This document shows, one piece after another, positions 49,111-59,611 of a DNA stretch of 64,000 bases (positions within the stretch are counted from its first letter, which is position 1; each line of letters starts with the position of its first letter). This DNA is from Candidatus Heimdallarchaeota archaeon (lineage in GTDB: Archaea; Asgardarchaeota; Heimdallarchaeia; JABLTI01). The stretch spans positions 32,001-96,000 of the forward strand of contig JABCTZ010000022.1 of the NCBI GenBank assembly GCA_018238155.1. The letters run 5' to 3'. A program made the position numbers and the translations under genes. A model generated the notes under the pieces. The model saw nothing but the letters and a program-made list of their open reading frames with translations. It ran no database searches and had not been told where the DNA came from.

Positions 49111-50142
49111 ATGGCAGATTTGAACCTTCTTTGGGCTATTATTGCTCAATTATGTGCAACTTCTCTGAATTTCATTGGTATGACCATTCAGAAGAAAGCA
49201 GCAAATGAACTACCAAAAATCGGTTTAGAAGCAGGTTTACTAAAGTCAGTGAAAAATTTTCTACTTAATAAAGAATGGATAATTGGTTATGGATTGAATG
49301 GTGTTAGTGTTCTATTAAATTCTCTAGCGCTAGCATTGGCAGCAATTTCCATTATCCAACCACTATTTGGTTTCGGTTTAATTGTTTTAGTTGTATTCTC
49401 ACACTTTTACTTAAAAGAGAAAATAACTCAAATTGATATTATAGGTGTTTTAATTGGTATTACTGGGTTGATTGTCATTGGACTTACAGCAGTTCAACCA
49501 GATCAACTTCTTTACACAGACTTATTGATAAAATTCTTTGATTTACGCGGAATAATTTTCCTAGGTGTATCTCTATGTTTAGCAATTATTTTGTATTTAA
49601 CAAGTGAAAAAATAACTAAAAATGTTTCAGTTATTCTCTTAACTGTATCCTCTGCAATCTGGACTGCAACTTCTTTTCTGTTTTACAAAGCAATAGCAAC
49701 GGCAGTTAGAGATCTAGGATTTGTCTCAGCGTTTTTTGGAGAAGGTTGGCTTTATACTTGGTCTTTTATTGGATTAATTGCACTGGTAAGTTCTATTGGT
49801 CTAGTTATGTTAAATATTGCTTATCAAAATGGACAATGCGTAATTGTTGTTCCAATTTGGTCATCTCTTCAAGTTGTATTACCAATTCTTGCAGGAATCA
49901 TAATATTCGAGGAATGGTTAAATTTCTCTGCAAAAACAATTATTTGGCAAACAATTGGAATAGTAGTTATGCTAGTTTCGCTAGTTATCCTATCAATTAG
50001 CAATGGAAAGAAGGAAGATTCTTGTGTTTTAATACAAAAAGAAAACAAGAATATCAAAGAATCTGCTGAATCAACGCCTATCAAACCAAGTATGGAGAAA
50101 TCTTTGGACCAAAACGAATTGCTTGTTGATAGTCACAAATAG
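49111..50142 (+). CDS. DMT-superfamily (NIPA-like) transporter
   Basis: About nine TM helices, QKKA...ISIIQPL...LKEKI...GIIIFEE. Confidence 0.75.
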   Translation: MADLNLLWAIIAQLCATSLNFIGMTIQKKAANELPKIGLEAGLLKSVKNFLLNKEWIIGYGLNGVSVLLNSLALALAAISIIQPLFGFGLIVLVVFSHFYLKEKITQIDIIGVLIGITGLIVIGLTAVQPDQLLYTDLLIKFFDLRGIIFLGVSLCLAIILYLTSEKITKNVSVILLTVSSAIWTATSFLFYKAIATAVRDLGFVSAFFGEGWLYTWSFIGLIALVSSIGLVMLNIAYQNGQCVIVVPIWSSLQVVLPILAGIIIFEEWLNFSAKTIIWQTIGIVVMLVSLVILSISNGKKEDSCVLIQKENKNIKESAESTPIKPSMEKSLDQNELLVDSHK

Positions 50143-50200
50143 TAAATATTAAATGGTCTAAAGGCTAATTATTGTTACTATTACTAAAATGTGATATAGC

Positions 50201-51079
50201 ATGAAAAAAGAATCACTACGTTGTGCTTCAAGTGATGGAGCCTTTTTGTTTCAAGTACCACATGATGAAACAATGTTTTCACTTGAAACAAGCATCCTCT
50301 TATCAAGTAGCCTTTATGCTATCTCGGTTTTCTTAGAAAGAGGAGACCTCTCCTTTGGAGGCGAAAAACTTTCAATAATTCGGTTGAATTTTCATCCACC
50401 TATACCAGATAATGAAGATGATGAAGAAGAAGCTTCTGATGAGGAAAATGAAGAAGGATATGTCATTCATAGTATATACAAAAATGGTTTTGGATTTCAA
50501 AGTATATTTCATACAAGTGAAATCACCAATGAACTTAGTGAATTTGAAAAAGCTTTTCTGGAATCAGTTGTAAATCATGTTCTGGAAAAATTAGCGAAAG
50601 CAGGATTTCAAGTTTCAGATATTCCCTTCTTACAAGATAATGTCGTTATTAATGATGTTGAACAAATGCTAAATGAAATTGATGTAAAATATAAATCTCT
50701 AGCTGCAAGTTGGGCGCTTGCTGCTGACTCTAATTGCGAAGATAATCGTTATGATTTTTCCAATGTATACTATCATGGAAAAATTAATGTGAAAGATCTT
50801 TTCTATGATTTGGCTGAGCATGCAGATGAATCAATAGACAAGCTATTACTTAGTAAAGAAGGAAAAATGACCCTCTTCAGAATTGCTAAGAGTTTAGTTG
50901 GATTATCAGGACTTTTGTATAGCGATGAAAATACAGAAAAGATTAGTGATGAAGAGCTTAATTTCGCTCATTCTGAAATCATTTTAGAAACCTCTCAAAG
51001 TAAAAGATTATTCCGATTAGATGTTCGAGCATATAATATTATTGAAGAGCAATATTGTGATATTACTATAATGGGATAA
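50201..51079 (+). CDS. Hypothetical acidic protein
   Basis: 292-aa ORF with an acidic insert. Confidence 0.6.
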   Translation: MKKESLRCASSDGAFLFQVPHDETMFSLETSILLSSSLYAISVFLERGDLSFGGEKLSIIRLNFHPPIPDNEDDEEEASDEENEEGYVIHSIYKNGFGFQSIFHTSEITNELSEFEKAFLESVVNHVLEKLAKAGFQVSDIPFLQDNVVINDVEQMLNEIDVKYKSLAASWALAADSNCEDNRYDFSNVYYHGKINVKDLFYDLAEHADESIDKLLLSKEGKMTLFRIAKSLVGLSGLLYSDENTEKISDEELNFAHSEIILETSQSKRLFRLDVRAYNIIEEQYCDITIMG

Positions 51080-51087
51080 TTCAATGA

Positions 51088-52002
51088 TTATTTTTTCTGG
51101 CTTGACCGCATATAATCAAATAGATATAATTGAGCCAAACCCGCCCATTTTCCATACTGACTGACCATCTTTTCTCTGCACTCTTCAAGGGATTTTTCTT
51201 TCCCTCTGAAAAACATTTTACTAACTCCCCTCTGAATCCAAATATCTGTTGGTGGGGCATCAATCTTGCCCAGACCATATAAGAGAAACATATCTGCAAC
51301 TTTTGGTCCTATTCCTCGAAGTTTTATTAGCATTTTCTTTGCTTTATCAGTAGGGATTTCATAGAAATTCTCGAGTCTTACTTGAAAATTTGCTATTTCT
51401 TCAGTAGTAGTAATAATATAATCTTCACGATATCCAAGACGAGCTTCTTTCAAGAGATGCTTATTTCGAAATAACGTTTTTGGGTTAGGAAAAGAGTACA
51501 CCATGAAATGATCTGTAGGAAATTTTTCTCCAGCCAATTCTTTTATTTTTCTAATTTGAGTATTGAATTTCCAGACAGAATTATTTTGAGTCATAATTGA
51601 ACAAATAAGGCTCTCGAATAAATCATGTGCTCGAGTTAAGCGTAATCCTTGCCTATCATTAAACGCTTTAGCTAGAGGGTCACTCTTGAATTCTTCATAG
51701 AACTGAAGTAAATTCATATCCAGACCGAAAATAGTTCGAAGATATTTTTTCAGTTTTTTTACATTATTCTCAGAAAGAGACCCAGATGGGTCTGCAAGTT
51801 CAGCTTGTATTTTTGTTTTTTTCTGACCTATTCGGCAAACAATAGTTTTTGTTGTTCCTGGAACATTTATTACAAAATAGTATTTCTCTAATTTATCACT
51901 CATGGGAATCGGAAATGAACTATGTCCAGATTCTATCGTTCTCCTTAAATTAATTGGTCCTTTTGTAGGTAGACTGAGAGGAACCCATTCATTCATTGCC
52001 AT
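51088..52002 (-). CDS. HhH-GPD DNA glycosylase (OGG1/AlkA-like)
   Basis: LICSIMTQNN, LGYR, LRGIGPKVAD (Lys), PTDIW (Asp), WAGLAQLYLF. Confidence 0.88.
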   Translation of the reverse strand: MAMNEWVPLSLPTKGPINLRRTIESGHSSFPIPMSDKLEKYYFVINVPGTTKTIVCRIGQKKTKIQAELADPSGSLSENNVKKLKKYLRTIFGLDMNLLQFYEEFKSDPLAKAFNDRQGLRLTRAHDLFESLICSIMTQNNSVWKFNTQIRKIKELAGEKFPTDHFMVYSFPNPKTLFRNKHLLKEARLGYREDYIITTTEEIANFQVRLENFYEIPTDKAKKMLIKLRGIGPKVADMFLLYGLGKIDAPPTDIWIQRGVSKMFFRGKEKSLEECREKMVSQYGKWAGLAQLYLFDYMRSSQKK

Positions 52003-52092
52003 TAGTATTTAACCTTCTAAGCTCTTATCTCGCAGAGATTTTATCTGTCAAAAAGTCTTTTGCTTGTTTTCAAAACAAATTTGAGCATTAAG

Positions 52093-53139
52093 TCAATGAC
52101 GAGAACTAGTTATTGCATTGCGAACTTTTTCCTCGTACTTGAAGAAGGCTTCTTGTATTTTTCCAAGGAATTCACCACTTTCTTTGAACTTCTCAGAAGA
52201 GTAGTCTCTAGCACTTACAGCAAAAGCCATCATTCTTGTTGCAGTATAAACTTCATAAAAGAATATCCGGTTTCCAATATCTGGTAATTTAACCTTGGAA
52301 TAATAGGTATTATAAAAATGGTGTCTATATCCATCCAGCTCAGGATATAAAGAGAAAAAGAACAATGTCCACCCTGCATCTAATGCGGGGTCGCCCAAAC
52401 GTGAATATTCCCAATCAATCAAGCCGGTTACTTTTGCCCCATTAACCATAATATTTCTTGGTTGAGGATCTCCATGTAGAAGAGAGAACCTATCTAACTT
52501 GAGTTGTTTCTTGAAAGACATGAACCATTTTCCAAGTGGATCAATATAATATCCTGCTTTTTTTAAGAAGCTCAGAGACCGATTAATATCATTTAAAATA
52601 TATTTGTCATAAGGTATTTCTTCTTTGATGATTCCTTTTGGTGTCTCCATTCCATAATTCTTAAAACGGTAATTATGTAGATTAACTAAATATTGTACAA
52701 ATCCTGAAATTACTTTGTCAAAATCTGCCGGAGTATATGTTTTGATGGCTTGTTCAAGCGTTACTCCCGGAATTCGTTCTATAATTGAAAATGGATAACC
52801 CAATAATCTTGTATCAACTTCTAGCAAATAGGGTTTTGGTACGGGTATGGGTGCACCTTGTAATCTACCTAATTTATTGAACTCTCTTTGAGGTTTTAAT
52901 GAATCGTGTTTTTCAGGATATATTCTTAATACAACACTCTTTCGGATTTCTTGTCCTGAAAGTATAAAATTGATATCAAAGAAGAATACTTTGTTTGACA
53001 TTCCAGATTGAATTCGTTCAGGAGTATCTATAGAAACTAATTGTGCTGTTTTAGGAATAAGTAACCAAATCTTACCTGATTCTAAAAGGTAATTCTTTAA
53101 TCTTTGTTGGATTTCAACAACAGATAATAATGGTTTCAT
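52093..53139 (-). CDS. Aminoglycoside/choline-kinase-like phosphotransferase (APH family)
   Basis: VLRIYP, PVPK, LLHGDPQPRNIM, LIDWE..LGDPALD. Confidence 0.88.
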   Translation of the reverse strand: MKPLLSVVEIQQRLKNYLLESGKIWLLIPKTAQLVSIDTPERIQSGMSNKVFFFDINFILSGQEIRKSVVLRIYPEKHDSLKPQREFNKLGRLQGAPIPVPKPYLLEVDTRLLGYPFSIIERIPGVTLEQAIKTYTPADFDKVISGFVQYLVNLHNYRFKNYGMETPKGIIKEEIPYDKYILNDINRSLSFLKKAGYYIDPLGKWFMSFKKQLKLDRFSLLHGDPQPRNIMVNGAKVTGLIDWEYSRLGDPALDAGWTLFFFSLYPELDGYRHHFYNTYYSKVKLPDIGNRIFFYEVYTATRMMAFAVSARDYSSEKFKESGEFLGKIQEAFFKYEEKVRNAITSSRH

Positions 53140-53270
53140 AATCCTTGTTCTCCTGAGTAATGTCTTAAGCTAGTTGTCTTATTATAGCTACTCTTGATTA
53201 ATGGAATAATTCTTCTTCTTACATTTATTTTATACTTGTTATTTGAAGTTTAGGGTTGAGTAAAAAATCT

Positions 53271-54164
53271 TTAGAGAGCGTCAAATAACGAAAAAATCAC
53301 ATTAGCAACTGTTTTTGAAGTAATATCATTGACATCTAGTAGAGGGTTTACTTCTACAACTTCTAAACAACGAATTCTTTTTGCTAATTTTGCAGTGATT
53401 TCAAAAAGCTCTCGAGTGGTCAATCCACCAGGTTCAGGCACACTAACACCTGGAGCAAAGGCAGGATCAAGAACATCAATATCTAAAGAAACATAGAGAT
53501 TCTTATGTTTCTCCAAAATTTCATCAATAAATTTATTTCTTTTTAAACCATCTTTGACATCAGAAGCAGATAAGATTTTCATCTTATTTTGTCTTGCAAA
53601 CATTACTTCTTCCCAACCAAAGTTATGACCATGTTGACCAATGAAATAAACGTTTTCGGGTAGGATTAATTTCTGGTCAATAATCCTTTTCAATACTGTT
53701 GCCCGTGAATGCAAATTACCTTCAGGATATTCATTCATCAAATCAAGATGAGCATCTATCCAAATAATGGCATCTAATTTTTGATTGCTAGAAACAAATC
53801 CCTTTGTCGTACCCAAAGCAATTGAATGATCTCCACCCAAAATTATTGGTATAGCATTTTTATTGATAATTGTTTTAACTCGAGCTGAGAGTTGATTTTG
53901 TATCCCATCATAAGTAAGTCCTAGATCAATGTCACCATAATCTAAAACATTGAATTGATGAATTGATTGCTTCAGAAGCCCTTGCCCCGAATAAAACTGG
54001 GAGCTTTTACGGATGTTTTTTGGTGCGAGTATTGAACCTTTAGTATAAAAATCAATATCACCTTCAAATGGTGCGCCAACAATAACAGCATCAACATCAA
54101 TAGCAGATTCAATTTCTTCAACTAAGAACGTTCCACAGAATTCTTCAGTCATCTTTCTCAACAC
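53271..54164 (-). CDS. speB: Agmatinase/ureohydrolase family enzyme
   Basis: GGDHS, IDAHLD, SLDIDVLDPAFAPG..PEPGG, VEVNP. Confidence 0.82.
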   Translation of the reverse strand: MLRKMTEEFCGTFLVEEIESAIDVDAVIVGAPFEGDIDFYTKGSILAPKNIRKSSQFYSGQGLLKQSIHQFNVLDYGDIDLGLTYDGIQNQLSARVKTIINKNAIPIILGGDHSIALGTTKGFVSSNQKLDAIIWIDAHLDLMNEYPEGNLHSRATVLKRIIDQKLILPENVYFIGQHGHNFGWEEVMFARQNKMKILSASDVKDGLKRNKFIDEILEKHKNLYVSLDIDVLDPAFAPGVSVPEPGGLTTRELFEITAKLAKRIRCLEVVEVNPLLDVNDITSKTVANVIFSLFDAL

Positions 54165-54331
54165 AAAATTGGTTACTAGATATTTTAATTATTTCTTTGA
54201 TAAAGAATTATTTCATATAACCTATTTTATCTATTATTACATAATAAAAGAACTTTTAACCTCAGAGTATTGAGCTTTATTTAGATAAACAAATCTCCAA
54301 AAATATCTATCCAAACAAGATAGGCAGTTAT

Positions 54332-55606
54332 TTGATTATTCATCTTGATGTGTTTCTGATGGCTAAAGAAGTACAAAAACAAAAAGAATCTGATTTTGGA
54401 CCAAATTTAAAAGATTTCAGTGGATTGATCAGGGCAAGTAATATCTTTCTCTCACAATCGAATAGAACTCGAAAAGCTATGTTAAACCAAAGCGAAACAC
54501 TTCTTGAATTCCGTGATTTGCTCATTAAAACCAAAAAGAAGAGAAAAATTGTTCATGTTACTGGTATGGGTCGCTCTGGCAGAGCAGCACAATTCTTTGC
54601 TGAACTTTTAAAAGATCTTGGTTACAAGATATCAATAATTGGGAAAACCCTTGCGTTACCTGTTTCAGTAGATGATGTTGTAATAAGTTTCTCAGGTTCA
54701 GGAAAAACTACAACCACTGTAGCAAATGTAGGTGTTTGTGTAGATGGAGGAGCGAAAATCGTGACCTTGACTCAAAATGAAAACTCACGACTGGGTAGGT
54801 TAGCAGATATCTGTCTTTTAGTACCAAAACCTAAGAAATTACAGAGAGCAGAAGAACCACTTGAGATTGAAACAGATAAGGGATTTGTTGTAGCTGTTAG
54901 TCAAATTCCAGATGATATGAAAAGCTCACTCTCTCCAATGGGTACTTTATTTGAATTGTCAGCTCTATTAGTATCAATATGTATAACCGGAATGCTTCAT
55001 AGTGAAGATGAATCAATTAAAGCATTTCAGAGTACTATGGATTCAGTAATTGACAATGCAGAAAAAACTGTTCAAAAAATCATTAAAAAAGAAAAGACAC
55101 AAGATGAGATTATTAGAGTAATGAAATTCTTCATTGACCTTAGTCCATCATCAACAAAGAAAGTATTTTGGGTTGGTGCAGGTCTAAGTGGTATTGTTGC
55201 TTCAATGCATGCTATGAGATTTCAGCATTTGGGTTTCAATATTCATTTACAAGATGATTGGAGATTCAGAAAGAAAAACGACATCATTGTGGCAATCAGT
55301 GGGAGTGGTAGTACTCCGTTTACAAATAGCTTCATCAAAGAAGCTAAGAAAAAAGGCATGGCAACTATAGGATTCACTTCTTTAGTTGATTCAGAATTTG
55401 GTAAACACACAGATATAACAGTAAAAGTAACGGGTAGATTAGACCCGGATAGCTGGTATAATAGACTGTCTGAATCTAAACCATTTATTGAAACGCAATT
55501 TGAATATGCTGCCGCAATAGTCATTGAAAGTATAATTGCTCAATTAGCAATCCATAAAGGAATTACAGAAACAGAAATGAAAGGTCGGCATGCAAACATT
55601 GAATGA
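54332..55606 (+). CDS. Tandem double-SIS protein (hexulose-6-phosphate isomerase-like)
   Basis: GMGRSG...SGSGKT...PMGTLFE followed by GAGLSG...SGSGST...HANIE. Confidence 0.8.
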   Translation: MIIHLDVFLMAKEVQKQKESDFGPNLKDFSGLIRASNIFLSQSNRTRKAMLNQSETLLEFRDLLIKTKKKRKIVHVTGMGRSGRAAQFFAELLKDLGYKISIIGKTLALPVSVDDVVISFSGSGKTTTTVANVGVCVDGGAKIVTLTQNENSRLGRLADICLLVPKPKKLQRAEEPLEIETDKGFVVAVSQIPDDMKSSLSPMGTLFELSALLVSICITGMLHSEDESIKAFQSTMDSVIDNAEKTVQKIIKKEKTQDEIIRVMKFFIDLSPSSTKKVFWVGAGLSGIVASMHAMRFQHLGFNIHLQDDWRFRKKNDIIVAISGSGSTPFTNSFIKEAKKKGMATIGFTSLVDSEFGKHTDITVKVTGRLDPDSWYNRLSESKPFIETQFEYAAAIVIESIIAQLAIHKGITETEMKGRHANIE

Positions 55607-55651
55607 AAAATAGAAAAGAACCTCAAATTGCATAATTGACAACACATTTAT

Positions 55652-56095
55652 TTGAGAAAAATTGAAACAGAAAATATCACAAAGAACGTGAGAATATTGA
55701 CTGATCGCGAACTAGAAAGTCTACGAGAAAAGCGTAAAAGAGAATTATTGTCACAATCACTCAAAAAAGATCTTGCACAGAAAAATCAAGATGATGCAGT
55801 TCGCAAGGAACAAGAACGAGTGATACGATCAACAATGATCGTCAATCAATTTTTAGAAATTGATGCACGAGAATACATGGAGTGGCTATCTCGCGCTAAA
55901 CCAGTTGTTGCCCAAACAATAAAAGATACGATTATTTTAATTGTACAAAAGAAAATGCTTCAAAAACCGTTAACAAAAATTGAGCTGAGAAAAATCGAAA
56001 GGGAAATTACCGGAGAAGAATCTAAAATAAGAGTTAAAAGAAGAGGGAAAGATGCAACAGATTTGAATGAAGTTATAAAAGGAAATGAGGAATAA
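55652..56095 (+). CDS. PDCD5-like DNA-binding protein
   Basis: ELESLREKRKREL...LEIDARE.....KPVVA...SKIRVKRR. Confidence 0.7.
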   Translation: MRKIETENITKNVRILTDRELESLREKRKRELLSQSLKKDLAQKNQDDAVRKEQERVIRSTMIVNQFLEIDAREYMEWLSRAKPVVAQTIKDTIILIVQKKMLQKPLTKIELRKIEREITGEESKIRVKRRGKDATDLNEVIKGNEE

Positions 56096-56135
56096 TTAAA
56101 AATTAATTGCTTATTTTTCTTTGTTCATTCTTTTT

Positions 56136-57119
56136 TCAAACTTTAATTTCGTAGATTATTCTCTCAATTTCTTTTAGTATTCCTTTAATTGTTGGTGTGG
56201 CAGTACCCACACCTTTCTTAGCTTTGGATTCAAAAAGGAAAAGACTGATGTATGCTAATTGTCTTTTTGATTTTCGATTTCTAATAGCTTCTATCCAAAC
56301 AATGTGTTGTTGAGCAGAAATCCATCCATATTCATCGCGCTCTTCTAACGACAAGCTAATTTTCCAAATGAGGGATGAAATGCTTTCATGAATAATATCC
56401 AATGTTTGTTGTGCATGTTTATCAGTAGAAAAGCTGTAAATACCTTCTCCTCTTTTATTATAAATTGAAAATCCCGTACATGCAGGGAAAACCGTCATGA
56501 ATTGTTGTATGATTTTTTGGATTACTTTCTTTTGTTCCTGGGATATGACAAATTCTGCAGAAGGAAAATTGATTGTATCGTGAATTTTCTGTACGGAAAT
56601 TTCGACTATTTCTTTCAATTTATGGTTTTGTTCAAGTCTATCAAGTTGACCAAGATAATGTGATATTTCTTTATCTAAATCATCAATTAAATCATCAGAG
56701 GTAACAACAAAATCTTCTTTTTTCACAGATAATTCCATAGCATAAAGAGCTAAATCACCGGCATTTTCTAGATTTATCTTCAAAGCTCTTGCAATAATAG
56801 TTGGATTTGCCTCAGCTAATTCTTGTATAGTCATGTAACCCATTGTAGTTAATGCTTTATTTATCCCCAAAGGAGGATCCCCTTGAAATTCCTTTTGTAC
56901 CATTAGCATATGCGATTTTATCGCAGCAATAAATAGCTGTTCAGCAATAGTTATAGTCGAATCGATAATATTCATAATTGTAGGAGGTAGAATTTCTACA
57001 AGTTCAGGTATGGTATTATAGCCAGCTGATTTTAAACGCTGCAAATATAGTTGTTTTAATTCTTGCTCTTTATCTGCGGTCATAAGGCTCCCATCCATTA
57101 GTGAAGTTACAAACTGCAC
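56136..57119 (-). CDS. Hypothetical protein with two HhH-like repeats and a C-terminal alpha/beta domain
   Basis: LKSAGYNTIPEL and LTTMGYMTIQELAEA repeats. Confidence 0.6.
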   Translation of the reverse strand: MQFVTSLMDGSLMTADKEQELKQLYLQRLKSAGYNTIPELVEILPPTIMNIIDSTITIAEQLFIAAIKSHMLMVQKEFQGDPPLGINKALTTMGYMTIQELAEANPTIIARALKINLENAGDLALYAMELSVKKEDFVVTSDDLIDDLDKEISHYLGQLDRLEQNHKLKEIVEISVQKIHDTINFPSAEFVISQEQKKVIQKIIQQFMTVFPACTGFSIYNKRGEGIYSFSTDKHAQQTLDIIHESISSLIWKISLSLEERDEYGWISAQQHIVWIEAIRNRKSKRQLAYISLFLFESKAKKGVGTATPTIKGILKEIERIIYEIKV

Positions 57120-57287
57120 ATTTTACAAGTTAATTTAACGTCATTCATTCTTATTGGTTTTGTTATTAACATTATCTTCAAAAAACACTAGTAATAACAT
57201 TAGATTAGAACTTTTCATACTAGAAAATTCAAACAAAATGAATGTAAGATATTATATATTTGAAACATTATAATTCAACATGGAAGG

Positions 57288-58070
57288 TTGCAAATGAATT
57301 TATATTCAGATGATTTTTATAAATTAGAAGCCCCTCCGGCAGTAGAAATTAATGTTCGTCCAAATATTCTCTATACAGAAGAATATTCGTATTTAACTAG
57401 AGATGAACTTGAGGTGCTTTTTCTATTGGCTACAACTGAAATGTCTGCAGAAGGTATGACATCTTTTTCGTTCTCAGGTATTAAAAGACAATTAGGAAAG
57501 CATCAACAAAAAATCACCAAAGCAATTAATAGATTAGTCTCAAAAGGACTCATCAGTAAAAACAACACGGGTTATTCCATTTCCCATAAAGGCACTTCAG
57601 TATTATCCCAGGTAATAAAATTACAAAATACCGTAGATATGCATAAAGCATCAGATAAATATCTTGAGCAAAGGATTGTTTTTAACACTAAAATTTCTCT
57701 CGAAGAAATTACTATTCGTCTGGTAGGTAAATGGTTTGGATCTTTCAGATATATTTCTCATACAGAAGGAAAGCAGCTCATTGTTCGATGGCAATTAGTA
57801 AATACTAAATCATCAGCTACTTTGAAACTCTTACCTGATGAGGTAATATTAAACATCATTCCAGATAGTAATGATTTATTGCAATTTTCTTATGAAGAAG
57901 CATTAGAAGATCTATCACAATATATTATATCTATAGTTACTGATCTTGGAGTACAATCAACAATTGAAAGTGAAGGGTGGCGAAATAGCTCTATCTCAGA
58001 AATTGAATATGCACAGAGATTATCCTCTTGGTTAGGGAACTATAATGCGGCATCTCTTTCTGAAAACTAG
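57288..58070 (+). CDS. Winged-helix domain protein
   Basis: FSFSGIKRQLGKHQQKITKAINRLVSKGLISK..GYSIS.KG. Confidence 0.7.
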   Translation: MQMNLYSDDFYKLEAPPAVEINVRPNILYTEEYSYLTRDELEVLFLLATTEMSAEGMTSFSFSGIKRQLGKHQQKITKAINRLVSKGLISKNNTGYSISHKGTSVLSQVIKLQNTVDMHKASDKYLEQRIVFNTKISLEEITIRLVGKWFGSFRYISHTEGKQLIVRWQLVNTKSSATLKLLPDEVILNIIPDSNDLLQFSYEEALEDLSQYIISIVTDLGVQSTIESEGWRNSSISEIEYAQRLSSWLGNYNAASLSEN

Positions 58071-58220
58071 TTATTCTTTGAATAATGGAAATATTTTTTC
58101 AAGCTATTTTTAACGGCGAATGAGTTATTTTTTGATATAAAATAGACATTATTAGACCTAGTCATTTTATATAATAATATAACAAGGTATCATAGGATAA
58201 AATAATGTGAGGTTGATAAA

Positions 58221-58868
58221 ATGCAACCAACTAAGAATTTTGAAGAACAACTTTCTAAAGGAACAACAACTGTTGGAATAAAATGCAAAGATTGTGCAAT
58301 CCTTGTTGCGGATATGCGAGCAAGCATGGGAACATTAGTTGCTTCAGATCACGCCAAAAAAGTTCATTCATTAAATGAATTTACAGCAATAACTATTGCA
58401 GGGTTAGTATCTGATGCACAATATATCATAGATATTATGCAAGCACAAATTCGACTCTTTGAGTTGGATCGCAAACGTTTACCAAAAACGTCTATGATTG
58501 CTAATCTAGTGAAGAACATGCTCTACGGTCAATATCGAGCCTATTTCCCATATTACGTCCAATTAATTATTGGCGGTTGGGATAAAACTGGACCACACAT
58601 CTTTTCATTTGATATGGCAGGATCCCTATCTGAAGATGACTGGTTTTCATCTGGTTCTGGATCACCTGTTGCTTTTGGTGTTTTAGAAGCATTATACAAA
58701 GAAGGTATGACCGAAAAAGAAGGCATGAAAGTTGCCCTCAAAGCATTGAAAGCCGCAATAAAGCGTGACACTGCAACTGGCGATGGTATTCGCGCAGTGG
58801 TAATTGATAGCAAAGGATTCAGAGAGCTATCAAAACAAGAAGTAATTGAACATGGAGGAGACCTCTAA
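58221..58868 (+). CDS. psmB: Proteasome beta subunit
   Basis: Propeptide ...SKG|TTTVG, ADMRAS, AGLVSDAQ, SGSGS, KRDTATGDG. Confidence 0.95.
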   Translation: MQPTKNFEEQLSKGTTTVGIKCKDCAILVADMRASMGTLVASDHAKKVHSLNEFTAITIAGLVSDAQYIIDIMQAQIRLFELDRKRLPKTSMIANLVKNMLYGQYRAYFPYYVQLIIGGWDKTGPHIFSFDMAGSLSEDDWFSSGSGSPVAFGVLEALYKEGMTEKEGMKVALKALKAAIKRDTATGDGIRAVVIDSKGFRELSKQEVIEHGGDL

Positions 58869-58869
58869 A

Positions 58870-59577
58870 ATGTTTTCACAACCAAGTCAATTCGGATATG
58901 ACAAAGCAACGGTTATCTTCTCACCAGATGGTAGAATTATCCAAGTAGAATATGCACGAGAAGCAGTTAAAATGGGTAGTACTGCTGTTGGTCTTAAAAC
59001 AAATAATTGTGTAGTACTAGCAGGTCAGAAACGAGCTTTTGAACTAATTGAATCAGCTGACAAAGTATTCAAAATTGATGAGCATATTGCCTCTACTTTT
59101 TCAGGTTACTCTGCAGATGGCAGAGCTCTTTTATCTCGTGCTCGTGTTGAGTCCCAAATTGAAAGAATAACTTATGGAGAAGTAATTGATCCAGAAGTTC
59201 TCTCTGAAAAGATAGGTGATTACTTACAATCCTTCACTCAATATGGAGGTGTAAGACCATTTGGAATCGCTGTTCTGTTTGGTAGTGTGTATGAAAGTGA
59301 CACTTTCCTTTACTTCGTTGATCCTGGTGGAGCAATCTTCAGTTGTTTAGCAACAGCTATTGGTGCAAATGAAGGTGCAGCAAAAGAAGTTTTGAAAGCT
59401 GGTTATAAGAAAACTCTTAGCAATAAAGCAGCTATTAAACTTGCTTTAGATGCCCTCAAAGCTGCAGCAGATGAAGAGGAAGGAAAGATCACTGCTGAAT
59501 TAGCTCTCATAGATACTAAAACAGGTAAAGTACAAATTTTAAATCAAAAACAACTTGATGAGTTATTGAAAGCTTAA
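58870..59577 (+). CDS. psmA: Proteasome alpha subunit
   Basis: GYDKATVIFSPDGRIIQVEYA, TQYGGVRPFG, DPGG, AIGA; ATG at 58870 immediately after the psmB stop. Confidence 0.95.
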   Translation: MFSQPSQFGYDKATVIFSPDGRIIQVEYAREAVKMGSTAVGLKTNNCVVLAGQKRAFELIESADKVFKIDEHIASTFSGYSADGRALLSRARVESQIERITYGEVIDPEVLSEKIGDYLQSFTQYGGVRPFGIAVLFGSVYESDTFLYFVDPGGAIFSCLATAIGANEGAAKEVLKAGYKKTLSNKAAIKLALDALKAAADEEEGKITAELALIDTKTGKVQILNQKQLDELLKA

Positions 59578-59611
59578 ATTCTTTCAATTCTCTATCTTTA
59601 TTTTTCTAATT

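Noticed and set aside
44877-54164. Functional link between tiaS and agmatinase (shared agmatine)
   Set aside because: About 7 kb apart on opposite strands with unrelated genes between; proximity alone is not evidence.
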